Below are positions 52,326-60,559 of a stretch of 64,000 nt of DNA, piece by piece; the stretch's first letter is position 1; every line of letters begins with the position of its first letter. Below the pieces are notes generated by a model, which saw only the letters and a list, made by a program, of their open reading frames with translations, ran no database searches and was not told the DNA's origin. A program made the translations under genes and the position numbers. Origin of the DNA: an uncultured Verrucomicrobiota bacterium (GTDB lineage: Bacteria; Verrucomicrobiota; Verrucomicrobiia; Limisphaerales; J093); assembly GCA_964535555.1 (NCBI GenBank), contig CAZHUS010000006.1, positions 9,458 to 73,457 of the forward strand. The letters are read 5' to 3'.

Positions 52326-53723
52326 ATGGCCGCCAGCCCCAGAGAACTTCCCCCAAGCTCGCCAGTGTCGCCGGGTTGTGATTGTCTGTCGGTCGTGACG
52401 AACGAGTTGCTCGATTACGTGCCCGACGGTCTGTTCACCGTGGACACCGAGTGGCGGATCACGTTCTTCAACCGGGTAGCGGAGCAGGTGACGGGCATCC
52501 GGCGGGAGGCGGCGCTCGGGCGCTGCTGCTGCGATGTCTTTCGGGCCAGCATTTGCGAAAACGCCTGCGCGCTCAAACACACGCTCACGACCGGACGCCC
52601 GGTGGTGAACCGGGTGGTGTACATCATCGACGCGCGCGGGCGGAAAATCCCGATCAGCATCTCGACGGCAGCGCTGAAGGACGGGCGGGGGCGAGTGGTG
52701 GGCGGGGTCGAGAGCTTCCGCGACCTGCGGGTGGTCGAGGAACTGCACCGCCAGTGGCAGCAACAGGACTCGTTTTCGGAGATCATCGGCCGCAGTGCGG
52801 CGCTACGGGAAGTGTTTGACCTGCTGCCGCAGATCGCCGAGAGCGACAGCACCGTGCTGGTCGAGGGGGCGAGCGGGACCGGGAAGGAGCTGATCGCGCG
52901 CGCCATCCACAGTCTTTCTCCGCGCCGGGACCGCCGCTTTGTGGCCATCAACTGCGGCGCCCTGCCTGACAACCTGCTCGAGTCCGAGTTGTTCGGATAC
53001 AAGGCGGGCGCTTTTACCGACGCACGGCGGGACAAGCCGGGGCGCTTTGCCCTGGCCGATGGCGGGACCATCCTGCTGGACGAGATCGGCGACATCTCGC
53101 CGGCGATGCAGGCCCGCTTGCTGCGGGTCCTGCAGGAGCGGGTTTACGAGCCGTTGGGCGGCGTGGACTCGGTGAAGGCTGACGTGCGCGTCGTCGCCGC
53201 GACGAACAAAAACCTCCGGCAGTTGGTCGAGAAGGGGAGTTTCCGGGAGGACCTCTTCTACCGGATCCACGTCATCCGGATCGAGCTGCCCGGCCTGGCG
53301 CGGCGGCGCGAGGACATTCCCCTGCTGGTGGATCACTTCGTCGCCCGCCTGAATCGCCTGAAAGGGAAGGACCTGGCCGGCGTTTCCGACGAAGTGCTGG
53401 CGCGGCTCATGGAGTACGATTTTCCCGGGAACGTGCGTGAACTGGAGAACATCCTCGAACATGCCTTCGTTTTGTGCCGGGGCGGTCTGATCGAAGTGGC
53501 GCATCTTCCGCCGCATGTGCGCGACGCCGCGTCGATCCCCGGTTTCGGAACCGCGAAGGGCCTGACGCTCGAAGCGATGGAGGACCTGGTGATCGCCAAC
53601 GCCCTGCGGCGCCACCACGGGAATCGGCGGGTAGCGGCCCGGGAGCTCGGCATCAATCCGAGCACTCTCTTCCGCAAGCTCAAGCGCCGGCGCCTCTCCG
53701 GGGCGGCGCGTCCTCCGCGGTAA
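52326..53723 (+). CDS. Sigma-54-dependent transcriptional activator (PAS, AAA+, Fis-type HTH)
   Basis: PAS-like N-terminus with a Cys cluster (GRCCCDVFRASICENACALKH). GASGTGKE Walker A, ESELFGY (GAFTGA-region context), and a C-terminal HTH RVAARELGINPSTLFRKLK. Confidence 0.9.
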   Translation: MAASPRELPPSSPVSPGCDCLSVVTNELLDYVPDGLFTVDTEWRITFFNRVAEQVTGIRREAALGRCCCDVFRASICENACALKHTLTTGRPVVNRVVYIIDARGRKIPISISTAALKDGRGRVVGGVESFRDLRVVEELHRQWQQQDSFSEIIGRSAALREVFDLLPQIAESDSTVLVEGASGTGKELIARAIHSLSPRRDRRFVAINCGALPDNLLESELFGYKAGAFTDARRDKPGRFALADGGTILLDEIGDISPAMQARLLRVLQERVYEPLGGVDSVKADVRVVAATNKNLRQLVEKGSFREDLFYRIHVIRIELPGLARRREDIPLLVDHFVARLNRLKGKDLAGVSDEVLARLMEYDFPGNVRELENILEHAFVLCRGGLIEVAHLPPHVRDAASIPGFGTAKGLTLEAMEDLVIANALRRHHGNRRVAARELGINPSTLFRKLKRRRLSGAARPPR

Positions 53724-54120
53724 CGCTCCTCGGGGCCACCTTCGAACCCGCGGGGGATTCGCGGACGATCGCGGATGGTGGGGTGACCATTGCCGCCCGG
53801 TTCCCGAGGCCGTTGCCGTTGCACAATGCCACTCTGCAACCCGGGCTCCGAGGTGCAATCTGCGAGTCATGGAGACACTGGTCTTGCCGGCACCTGCCCC
53901 TCTGCATGAACCTGCTCCGGAAAGCGGGGATGAATCCCCGCACTCCAGGCGCTGCGGGACTCCGAACGTGCCTTGGAGCGGCGCGAAGCGTTTGGAGTGC
54001 GTCCGGTCCACCGGCGCTTTTTTTCAGGGTCACGCCGCATGACCGCCAGGCCAAGGGAGCCTGCGAAGGGCGAGGACCCGGACGAGGTCCGGCCGCGGAG
54101 CATCGCCGCTGGACGCGAGT

Positions 54121-54137
54121 TGGCACGGCGGTCGCAT
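54121..54137 (+). promoter_or_regulatory. Candidate sigma-54 (-24/-12) promoter of the 10-gene operon
   Basis: TGGCACGGCGGTCGCAT, one mismatch from TGGCACG-N4-TTGCW. The GC element at 54134-54135 is only about 14 nt upstream of GTG 54149. Confidence 0.6.
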
Positions 54138-54148
54138 ACAGCGCCCGC

Positions 54149-54622
54149 GTGCGGATCGCCATTCCTCACTTCCAAGGCCGCGTCTCGCCGGTCTTTGACG
54201 TGGCGTCACGCCTGACGGTCGTTCTGGTCAAAGGCCGGGTCGAGTTGGAACGACGCGAGGTGACGCTCTTCGAGGCCCAACCCGAAGCCATCACCCGGAG
54301 CTTGCTGGAATTGCGGGTCGAGGTGCTGATCTGCGGTGCCATCTCCCAGTTGCTCGAGGGGATGCTGCGCCGCGCCGGGGTGCGCGTCGTCGCCCAGGTG
54401 TGCGGTGAGGTGAAGACAGTCCTCCAGGCCTTCTTGCACCGGAAGCTCGGGGCGCCGGAGTTCGCCATGCCGGGGTGTTATCGGCGGCCCAGCGTACGCC
54501 GCTCACGCCGCGGCCGGGAACGACAAGGGAGGCGCGACGTCCGGACCGCTCGCAAACCGAGAGCTGAGGAAACGGCCGTTACGACGGCGGGCCGGGGCGG
54601 TGCGGATGGAGTTCCGCGATGA
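54149..54622 (+). CDS. NifX/NifB-C-like (dinitrogenase FeMo-cofactor-binding fold) family protein with Arg-rich tail
   Basis: The GTG start gives VRIAIPHFQGRVSPVFD, parallel to MRIAIPHQAGRLHGHFG of the paralog at 58684. LICGAIS motif. 47-aa Arg-rich C-terminal tail. Confidence 0.65.
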   Translation: MRIAIPHFQGRVSPVFDVASRLTVVLVKGRVELERREVTLFEAQPEAITRSLLELRVEVLICGAISQLLEGMLRRAGVRVVAQVCGEVKTVLQAFLHRKLGAPEFAMPGCYRRPSVRRSRRGRERQGRRDVRTARKPRAEETAVTTAGRGGADGVPR

Positions 54623-55050
54623 AAGTCGTCCCAACCTTCACCGGCCGGAGCTTGCTGGTTCCGGCGTTGCTGGGCGGTTTGCTGACCGCCGGCGGTCTCC
54701 TCGTCACCCTCGACGCAGCCCGACAACGCGCACACCGCGGCGAGTCCGAGCCTGACGTGCGAACCGTCGTGCGGCTCCTGGGCACGGCGGACATGGCCCT
54801 GTCGAGTGCTTCACGCTGGCTGCGTCATCCGTCGCTAAGTGAACCCGGCGCGGCGTTTGCCGACGCTCCTGCCATCCTCGATGCCGATCCCGCGGGAGCG
54901 ATGATCGCCCCGCCGCGGGATTTGCTGGCGGGGGCGAACGCCGCCGTGCTGCCGGTCTCGGCTCCCGACGCCACGGCCGCCTCGCGTTCGGTGGCTGCGC
55001 TTTCGATGCCCACCGAATCGTCACGGGTCAAAGGCCGGGTTTTCCCATGA
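54619..55050 (+). CDS. Hypothetical membrane-anchored protein
   Basis: ATGA overlaps on both sides. One N-terminal hydrophobic helix (LLVPALLGGLLTAGGLLVTL). No recognisable motif. Confidence 0.4.
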   Translation: MKVVPTFTGRSLLVPALLGGLLTAGGLLVTLDAARQRAHRGESEPDVRTVVRLLGTADMALSSASRWLRHPSLSEPGAAFADAPAILDADPAGAMIAPPRDLLAGANAAVLPVSAPDATAASRSVAALSMPTESSRVKGRVFP

Positions 55051-56231
55051 AGCGGCACCTGGCCCTGATGCGGTTTGCCGTGGGCAGCAGTCGGCGGCGG
55101 CTGGGGCGTTCGATCGCTTTGGGCGTTGCCCTGGGTTTGGTGACGTTCGCCTTCGGAGCCGTGTTGTTCCTTACCGAAGCGTTGCGGCGCGAGTTCCATT
55201 TGGGTGCGCAAGCGCTTCCGGACCTGACCGTGCAACGGTTGATCGCGGGCCGTCCCGCGCTGATTCCAGGCGACTGGGCCGATGAGATCGTCGGAATCGC
55301 GGGCGTCACCCGGGTCGATTCCCGCGTCTGGGGCTACTACTTCGTCACGGCGCTCGCGGGCAACTTCACCGTGGTGGGGGTCGAGACCAACAGCCTGCCT
55401 GAGCTGGCCGAACGTGAGCTGGTGATCGGAGAAGGCCGCTTCTTCAATCCCGCGATCCGGGACGAAGTGGTGATGGGTGAGAAGCTGGCCCGCTTTCTCG
55501 GCCTGAGCGTGGGGGACGCCATCGAGTTGCCGACGGGGCAAACCCGCAAGCGTCTCGAGGTCGTCGGCCTGTTCCGTTCGAGCGTCGCCTTGTGGTCGGC
55601 GGATGTGATTCTCATGAGCATCGCGGACGCGCGGCAGTTCCTGCAGGTACCGCCCGGCCAGGCCACGGATCTCGCCGTGCGCCTGAGCACGCCAGACGAA
55701 GCGGTGGTGGCCGCTCGGAAGATCGCCGAACTCCTGCCCGGCGCCCGGATCCTCGACCGCCAGCTCATGAACCGGGGATACGACCTGACCTTCGATACCC
55801 GCGGCGGGATCCTGGGAGCCATGCTCATGCCCGCGTTGGTCGCTTTCCTGGTGCTCGCGTGGGATCGGTTGACCGGCGTTGGCCCGGGCGAACGTCGGGA
55901 AATTGGCGCGCTCAAAGCGATGGGCTGGCAGACCCGCGACGTGTTGTGGGCCCGGCTGTGGGAAAATCTGGCCATTGGTTCACAGGCCACGATGGTGGGC
56001 TTGATCGGGGCGTATCTCTTCGTCTTCCACGCCCAGGCACCCGGGCTGGCCCACGTGCTGTTCGGTTGGAGTTCGCTGTACCCGGCCCTGGAACTGGCAC
56101 CCGCGGTCACCGGCAGTCAGCTTCTGGCGCTGACCTGTCTGGTCGTGCTGCCGTTCCTCGCGGTGAGCCTGGTGCCGGCCTGGCGCGCCGCCACTCTCGA
56201 TCCGCTTGCCTTGCTTCGGGGGGTGACATGA
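55047..56231 (+). CDS. ABC transporter permease, FtsX/MacB-LolE type
   Basis: N-terminal TM helix, a large periplasmic region, then three C-terminal TM helices with EIGALKAMGWQTRDV (FtsX-domain signature context). Confidence 0.8.
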   Translation: MKRHLALMRFAVGSSRRRLGRSIALGVALGLVTFAFGAVLFLTEALRREFHLGAQALPDLTVQRLIAGRPALIPGDWADEIVGIAGVTRVDSRVWGYYFVTALAGNFTVVGVETNSLPELAERELVIGEGRFFNPAIRDEVVMGEKLARFLGLSVGDAIELPTGQTRKRLEVVGLFRSSVALWSADVILMSIADARQFLQVPPGQATDLAVRLSTPDEAVVAARKIAELLPGARILDRQLMNRGYDLTFDTRGGILGAMLMPALVAFLVLAWDRLTGVGPGERREIGALKAMGWQTRDVLWARLWENLAIGSQATMVGLIGAYLFVFHAQAPGLAHVLFGWSSLYPALELAPAVTGSQLLALTCLVVLPFLAVSLVPAWRAATLDPLALLRGVT

Positions 56232-56959
56232 ACCGCGCGTCCTCACGCCCCGTCGCGATTCGAACGGTTGGGCTGACCAAGCGCTACGCAAACGGCCGCC
56301 AGGATCGGACGGTGCTCACGGACGTGAACCTCTGCGTCCCGGCCGCCAGCTTCTCGGTCGTGAGCGGTCCCAGCGGGTCGGGCAAAACGACGCTGCTCGG
56401 TTTGCTGGCTGGCATGATCGCTCCGACGGCGGGCGAGGTGCTTCTGGACGGAAGGTCGATGACTCACCTCCGCGATCATCACCGCGCGCTCGTGCGCCGC
56501 CGCGGAGTGGGCATGGTCTTTCAGGAGTTCGCCTTGGTGACCGGATTAAGCCTCGTCGAGAACCTGCTTCTGCCCTTCGTGCCGGAAGGAGGTCCGTCGG
56601 CAACGGTGCGCCAGCAGGCGGCGTCCCTGATCGAGCGGTTCGGCCTGGCCGCTTTGACCCGGACGCGGGTCGAACGGCTTTCCACCGGCGAACGGCAGCG
56701 GGCGGGAATCATCCGCGCCCTGCTGGGTGATCCGCCCGTCTTGCTGCTCGACGAACCGACCGCAGCGCTCGACACCACGAACGTCCGGGTGCTCGTGGAC
56801 CTGCTGGTCGGATTGCGCGATGAAGGGCGGACGCTTCTCGCCACCACCCACGACCAGCGGTTGGTGGACGATCCACGGGTGGACGGCCGGCTTCGGTTGA
56901 TGGATGGGCGGCTGTGTCCTGAGTGCCCGGACGCGAGAGGACCGGGTGCCCCATGCTGA
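56228..56959 (+). CDS. ABC transporter ATP-binding protein
   Basis: Walker A GPSGSGKTT, signature LSTGERQR, Walker B LLLDEPTAALD, H-loop ATTHD. ATGA overlap with the permease gene. Confidence 0.9.
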   Translation: MNRASSRPVAIRTVGLTKRYANGRQDRTVLTDVNLCVPAASFSVVSGPSGSGKTTLLGLLAGMIAPTAGEVLLDGRSMTHLRDHHRALVRRRGVGMVFQEFALVTGLSLVENLLLPFVPEGGPSATVRQQAASLIERFGLAALTRTRVERLSTGERQRAGIIRALLGDPPVLLLDEPTAALDTTNVRVLVDLLVGLRDEGRTLLATTHDQRLVDDPRVDGRLRLMDGRLCPECPDARGPGAPC

Positions 56960-57990
56960 CGAACCTCCTCAACGTCTGGTTGCTGGCGCGGGTGATCCAA
57001 GCGGCCGTGACGACCACGCTGGTCCTTCTGGGGGCCGGGGTTGGTGTCCACGTGGCCTGGCGTTGGCGGGCGGCACACGCGGACGAAGTCCAGTTGGCGC
57101 TCGAACGGGAGGCCGAACTCGTGGCTGCGGTCATGCAGGTGGCGCTGGGGGTTGGGATTGCCGGCCTGGTGCTGTCGGTCTTTGTGGCCGATCACCTGGT
57201 TGGAGGTATTCGCGGTGCGATGTGTGCGTTTGGCGTGCTGGCCTCGACTCCGAACGGCTTTGCCGGTTTGGGCGTCAGCGCGCTGACGGCCCTGGCGTGC
57301 GGGCTATGGGTGGTGTTGCACCGGTTTGATCTTCACCTCGAAACTCCGGTGCTGACGCGTCGCAAGATGCTCGCGTTGCTGGGCGTGGCCCCGTGGGCGG
57401 TGGCCGACTTCTGGCTGGCGGTCCGGTTCGCGCGCGACCTGGATTTCAGTGTGATCGCCTCATGCTGTTCGGTCTGGCTGGACGACGCTGTCGTTCAAGG
57501 GCGGGCCGCGGCTCTGGTGGTATCACCTGGACTTGCTGGCGGCCTGGGCCTCGGCGCGACCCTGCTCGCCCTGGCTTCGAGCCTGGCCGCCTGGCGCTGG
57601 CCCCGGCGGGCCACGGCACTGCCGGCAGCGATGTTGTCCGGCGTGGCAATCTTCGCCACCGTGCCCGCGATCCTCGGCGTCGTCGCACCTTACGCGCTCG
57701 AGACGCCCGGACATCTCTGTCCGTTTTGCCTTCTCCAGGCGCAGGGAAACTGGTTGGGGTGGCCGTTGTTTGGGGCGCTGTTCTCGGCGGCAGTCACCGG
57801 GTTGGGAACAGGCATGGTCGAGGGGTTTCGGCCGGCGGCTCAGGTTGCGGAACCGGGCCGGCGGTTCCAGCGAGCCCTCGCCGGCTGGTCGGCGTGGTCG
57901 TGGTTGGGTGTCCTGATCTTCGGGGTACTTCCGGTGGTGCGCTATCTGGTTCGATCAGGAGGCGTGCCGGTATTTGGGGAGAGCGCATGA
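56953..57990 (+). CDS. Multi-pass membrane protein of unknown function with LCPFC motif
   Basis: Start ATG 56953 overlaps the upstream stop by 7 nt. About 8 hydrophobic segments. Conserved-looking Cys (MCAFG, ASCCSVW, HLCPFCLL). Confidence 0.5.
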   Translation: MLTNLLNVWLLARVIQAAVTTTLVLLGAGVGVHVAWRWRAAHADEVQLALEREAELVAAVMQVALGVGIAGLVLSVFVADHLVGGIRGAMCAFGVLASTPNGFAGLGVSALTALACGLWVVLHRFDLHLETPVLTRRKMLALLGVAPWAVADFWLAVRFARDLDFSVIASCCSVWLDDAVVQGRAAALVVSPGLAGGLGLGATLLALASSLAAWRWPRRATALPAAMLSGVAIFATVPAILGVVAPYALETPGHLCPFCLLQAQGNWLGWPLFGALFSAAVTGLGTGMVEGFRPAAQVAEPGRRFQRALAGWSAWSWLGVLIFGVLPVVRYLVRSGGVPVFGESA

Positions 57991-58499
57991 GAAGGAGAAG
58001 CGGAATGAGAATGACCCAAGGAATCAGCGTGACGATGAACGCGAGAACATTCCTGGTGCTCGGCTTGGGCTGCCTGGTGATTTCACTCCTCACGGGCTGC
58101 GGACCCGCCGCCGCCCGGTGTGCCAAGTGCGGCATGCGCGTGGCCGACCACCCACGGTGGGTGGCTGGCGCGATCACGGCCGCGGGCGTCGAGGAACGGT
58201 TCTGCTGCCCGCGCTGCATGTTTGTCTGGCATCATAGCCGGGACGGTGCGGGAAGCCGTGACCTCTGGGTCACCGAGTACTATGCTCAGAAGCGCATGCC
58301 CGCCGCCGACGTGTTCTTCGTAATGGGTTCCGATGTCGCAGGCCCGATGGGCAAGGCGCTGGTGCCAGTTGCCGGTCGCGAGGAGGCTGGGCGCTTCCTC
58401 AAGGACCACGCCGGTGCCCGCCTGCTCCAGGCCCAGGAAATCACGCCCGAACTGCTGCGCGAGCTGGCGGGCAAACCGCCAGAACCGATCAGACCATGA
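57987..58499 (+). CDS. NosL-like copper-chaperone-family lipoprotein
   Basis: Lipobox LLTGC. CAKCGMRVADHPRW is the NosL-type CxxCGM motif. GPMGKALVP and the FLKDHAG tail fit NosL. ATGA overlap. Confidence 0.7.
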   Translation: MRRRSGMRMTQGISVTMNARTFLVLGLGCLVISLLTGCGPAAARCAKCGMRVADHPRWVAGAITAAGVEERFCCPRCMFVWHHSRDGAGSRDLWVTEYYAQKRMPAADVFFVMGSDVAGPMGKALVPVAGREEAGRFLKDHAGARLLQAQEITPELLRELAGKPPEPIRP

Positions 58500-58687
58500 A
58501 AGCTGCTTCCACTCCTTCCAAGCTCGACCGCGCCCTCGCCAAGGTCTGTCACAACTGCCCGGTGTGCCGCACCGCGCGCCGACGTCAGGCCGGTCTGGCC
58601 TTCTGGGTGGTAAACCACGTGGAGCACAAGCTCTGTCCATTCTGCCGCGCCTATGAACGGGTGTACGGCCGCAAAGCACATCAATGA
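58496..58687 (+). CDS. Small Cys-rich (zinc-ribbon-like) protein
   Basis: 63 aa with CHNCPVC...LCPFC. ATGA overlaps on both sides. Confidence 0.45.
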   Translation: MKAASTPSKLDRALAKVCHNCPVCRTARRRQAGLAFWVVNHVEHKLCPFCRAYERVYGRKAHQ

Positions 58688-59085
58688 GAATCGCCATCCC
58701 CCATCAAGCCGGTCGCCTGCACGGTCACTTCGGAGGCTGCCGTGAGTTTGCGCTGATCGAAGTGGACCCGGAAACCAAGACCACGCTGCACGTCGCGATC
58801 GTGCCGGCGCCCGAACACCAGCCGGGGTTGTTCCCGCGGTGGCTTCGCGAGCAAGGTGTCCAGGTGGTCATCGCCGGTGGCATTGGCGCCCGCGCGCTCG
58901 CCCTCTTTGCCGAGCGCGGAATCAGCGTGCGGGCAGGAACGCCCGAGGCGAGTCTCGACGAGCTGGTCGCCGCGTATCTTGACGGCCGATTGACGGCCCC
59001 TCCCGCAGGTTGCTCGCACCACGGCGAACACGAACACCACCACCATCCGGAGCCGCACGGGGGCCATCAGCAGTGTGATCCTTGA
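58684..59085 (+). CDS. NifX/NifB-C-like family protein with His-rich metal-binding tail
   Basis: MRIAIPHQAGRLHGHFGGC...VVIAGGIGARA core. C-terminal CSHHGEHEHHHHPEPHGGHQQC. Confidence 0.7.
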   Translation: MRIAIPHQAGRLHGHFGGCREFALIEVDPETKTTLHVAIVPAPEHQPGLFPRWLREQGVQVVIAGGIGARALALFAERGISVRAGTPEASLDELVAAYLDGRLTAPPAGCSHHGEHEHHHHPEPHGGHQQCDP

Positions 59086-59600
59086 AGGCTGACCAGGCCC
59101 TCCGTTGCCCGCCGAACCGGGTGTCCCGGATGAGCTCGCTTCCCGCTTCCGATCCAACTCAGCTCCGGACGCTGCGCGCCGCCGTTCATCCGCGCTGCGT
59201 CGTCTGCAGCCCGCGGCACTCTCCGGGGCTCGGCCTGGAATTCAGCGTGAGACCGGACGGCAGCGTCACCGCCGAGTTCACCGCGCATGAAGGCTGGGAA
59301 GGCTATGCCGGCCAGCTGCACGGCGGCATCATCGCCGCTCTGTTGGACGGGGCCATGGCCAACTGCCTCTTCGCCCGCAGTTGCCAGGCGATGACGGCCG
59401 AACTCAAAGTGCGCTACCGCCACCCGGTCCTGATCGGATTGCCGCTGACCGTGGGCGCTCGGCTCACAGGATCCCATGGCCCGCTCTTGCTGCTCGAGGC
59501 AGAGCTGGTGCAGGGTGGAAAGTCAAAGGCTGTGGCGATTGGGAAATTCATGACCATGCCGGGACCTGGACAAATGGACCAACGCCGTTCCTCCTCATGA
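59082..59600 (+). CDS. PaaI/hotdog-fold thioesterase family protein
   Basis: QLHGGIIAALLDGAMANCLF is the PaaI-type motif. TTGA overlap start at 59082; ATG 59130 is an alternative. Confidence 0.7.
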   Translation: MKADQALRCPPNRVSRMSSLPASDPTQLRTLRAAVHPRCVVCSPRHSPGLGLEFSVRPDGSVTAEFTAHEGWEGYAGQLHGGIIAALLDGAMANCLFARSCQAMTAELKVRYRHPVLIGLPLTVGARLTGSHGPLLLLEAELVQGGKSKAVAIGKFMTMPGPGQMDQRRSSS

Positions 59601-60511
59601 ACAGTCCGGACACCGCCGTCGCGCTGGGCGTGTATTGCCTGGCGGCCTTTCTCGCCGCCTTGGGTGGTGGGATGCTGCCATTCCTGGTGCACCTGACGCA
59701 CACGCGAATGCAGGTCGCGGTGAGTTTCGTCGCGGGGCTGATGTTGGGACTCGCGCTGCTCGGGCTGGCGCCGCATGCCATGGATCACCTGGGGTCGCCG
59801 CGACAGGGAGCGGCCTGGCTGTTGGGCGGTTTCCTGCTGATGTTTCTGCTTCAGCGTTTCCTGCCTTTCCATCACCACGACGTTGCCGAAGGCAGTCCGT
59901 TGGAACCGTGCGGCCATACCCATTCCCTGGCGGAGCGTTCGGCCCGCACCTTGAACTGGGTGGGGATTTCGCTCGGGCTCGCGCTGCACTCGGTGTTCGA
60001 CGGTTTGGCGATGGCGGCCGCGGCCGCGGCGGGGCAACACGGGCATGGCAGCGGCCTGGGGTTGGGGACGGCGCTGGCGGTCATCCTGCACAAGCCATTC
60101 GGTGCGCTGGCCATCACGACGCTCATGACGGCGGGACACGCTTCGCGTTCGGCATGCTGGCGGGTCAACGTCGGATTTGCCCTGGTCACACCGGTGGGAG
60201 CGCTGTTGTTCTTCCTCGGAGCCGGCCACGCACTCGACCTGCATCCTGCCTGGCTGGGGGCGGCGCTGGCCTTTTGTGCGGGCACGTTCCTGTACATTGC
60301 GGGAGCGGATCTCCTGCCGGAACTGCAGTTTCACCGGCACGATCGCATTCCGCTTACGCTGGCCCTGCTGGCGGGGGTGGGAATCGCGGTCCTCATTGCG
60401 GAGTTCGGCCATGGCGACAAGGCCCATGAACACGCCGGGGCGAGTCGAGTTCTGCCGATGCCGCTTCAATGCCTGCAACCGTCCTACGCTTCGAGGATTC
60501 TAGCAGCATGA
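59597..60511 (+). CDS. ZIP (ZupT-like) family metal cation transporter
   Basis: Start ATG 59597 (ATGA overlap). Multi-pass protein with a His-rich loop (FHHHDV...CGHTH), HSVFDGLA and ILHKPFGAL ZIP signatures. Confidence 0.8.
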   Translation: MNSPDTAVALGVYCLAAFLAALGGGMLPFLVHLTHTRMQVAVSFVAGLMLGLALLGLAPHAMDHLGSPRQGAAWLLGGFLLMFLLQRFLPFHHHDVAEGSPLEPCGHTHSLAERSARTLNWVGISLGLALHSVFDGLAMAAAAAAGQHGHGSGLGLGTALAVILHKPFGALAITTLMTAGHASRSACWRVNVGFALVTPVGALLFFLGAGHALDLHPAWLGAALAFCAGTFLYIAGADLLPELQFHRHDRIPLTLALLAGVGIAVLIAEFGHGDKAHEHAGASRVLPMPLQCLQPSYASRILAA

Positions 60512-60559
60512 GCCGATGACGTTTGCATCAATGGCCGCCCGTTTCACAGACTACCGCCC

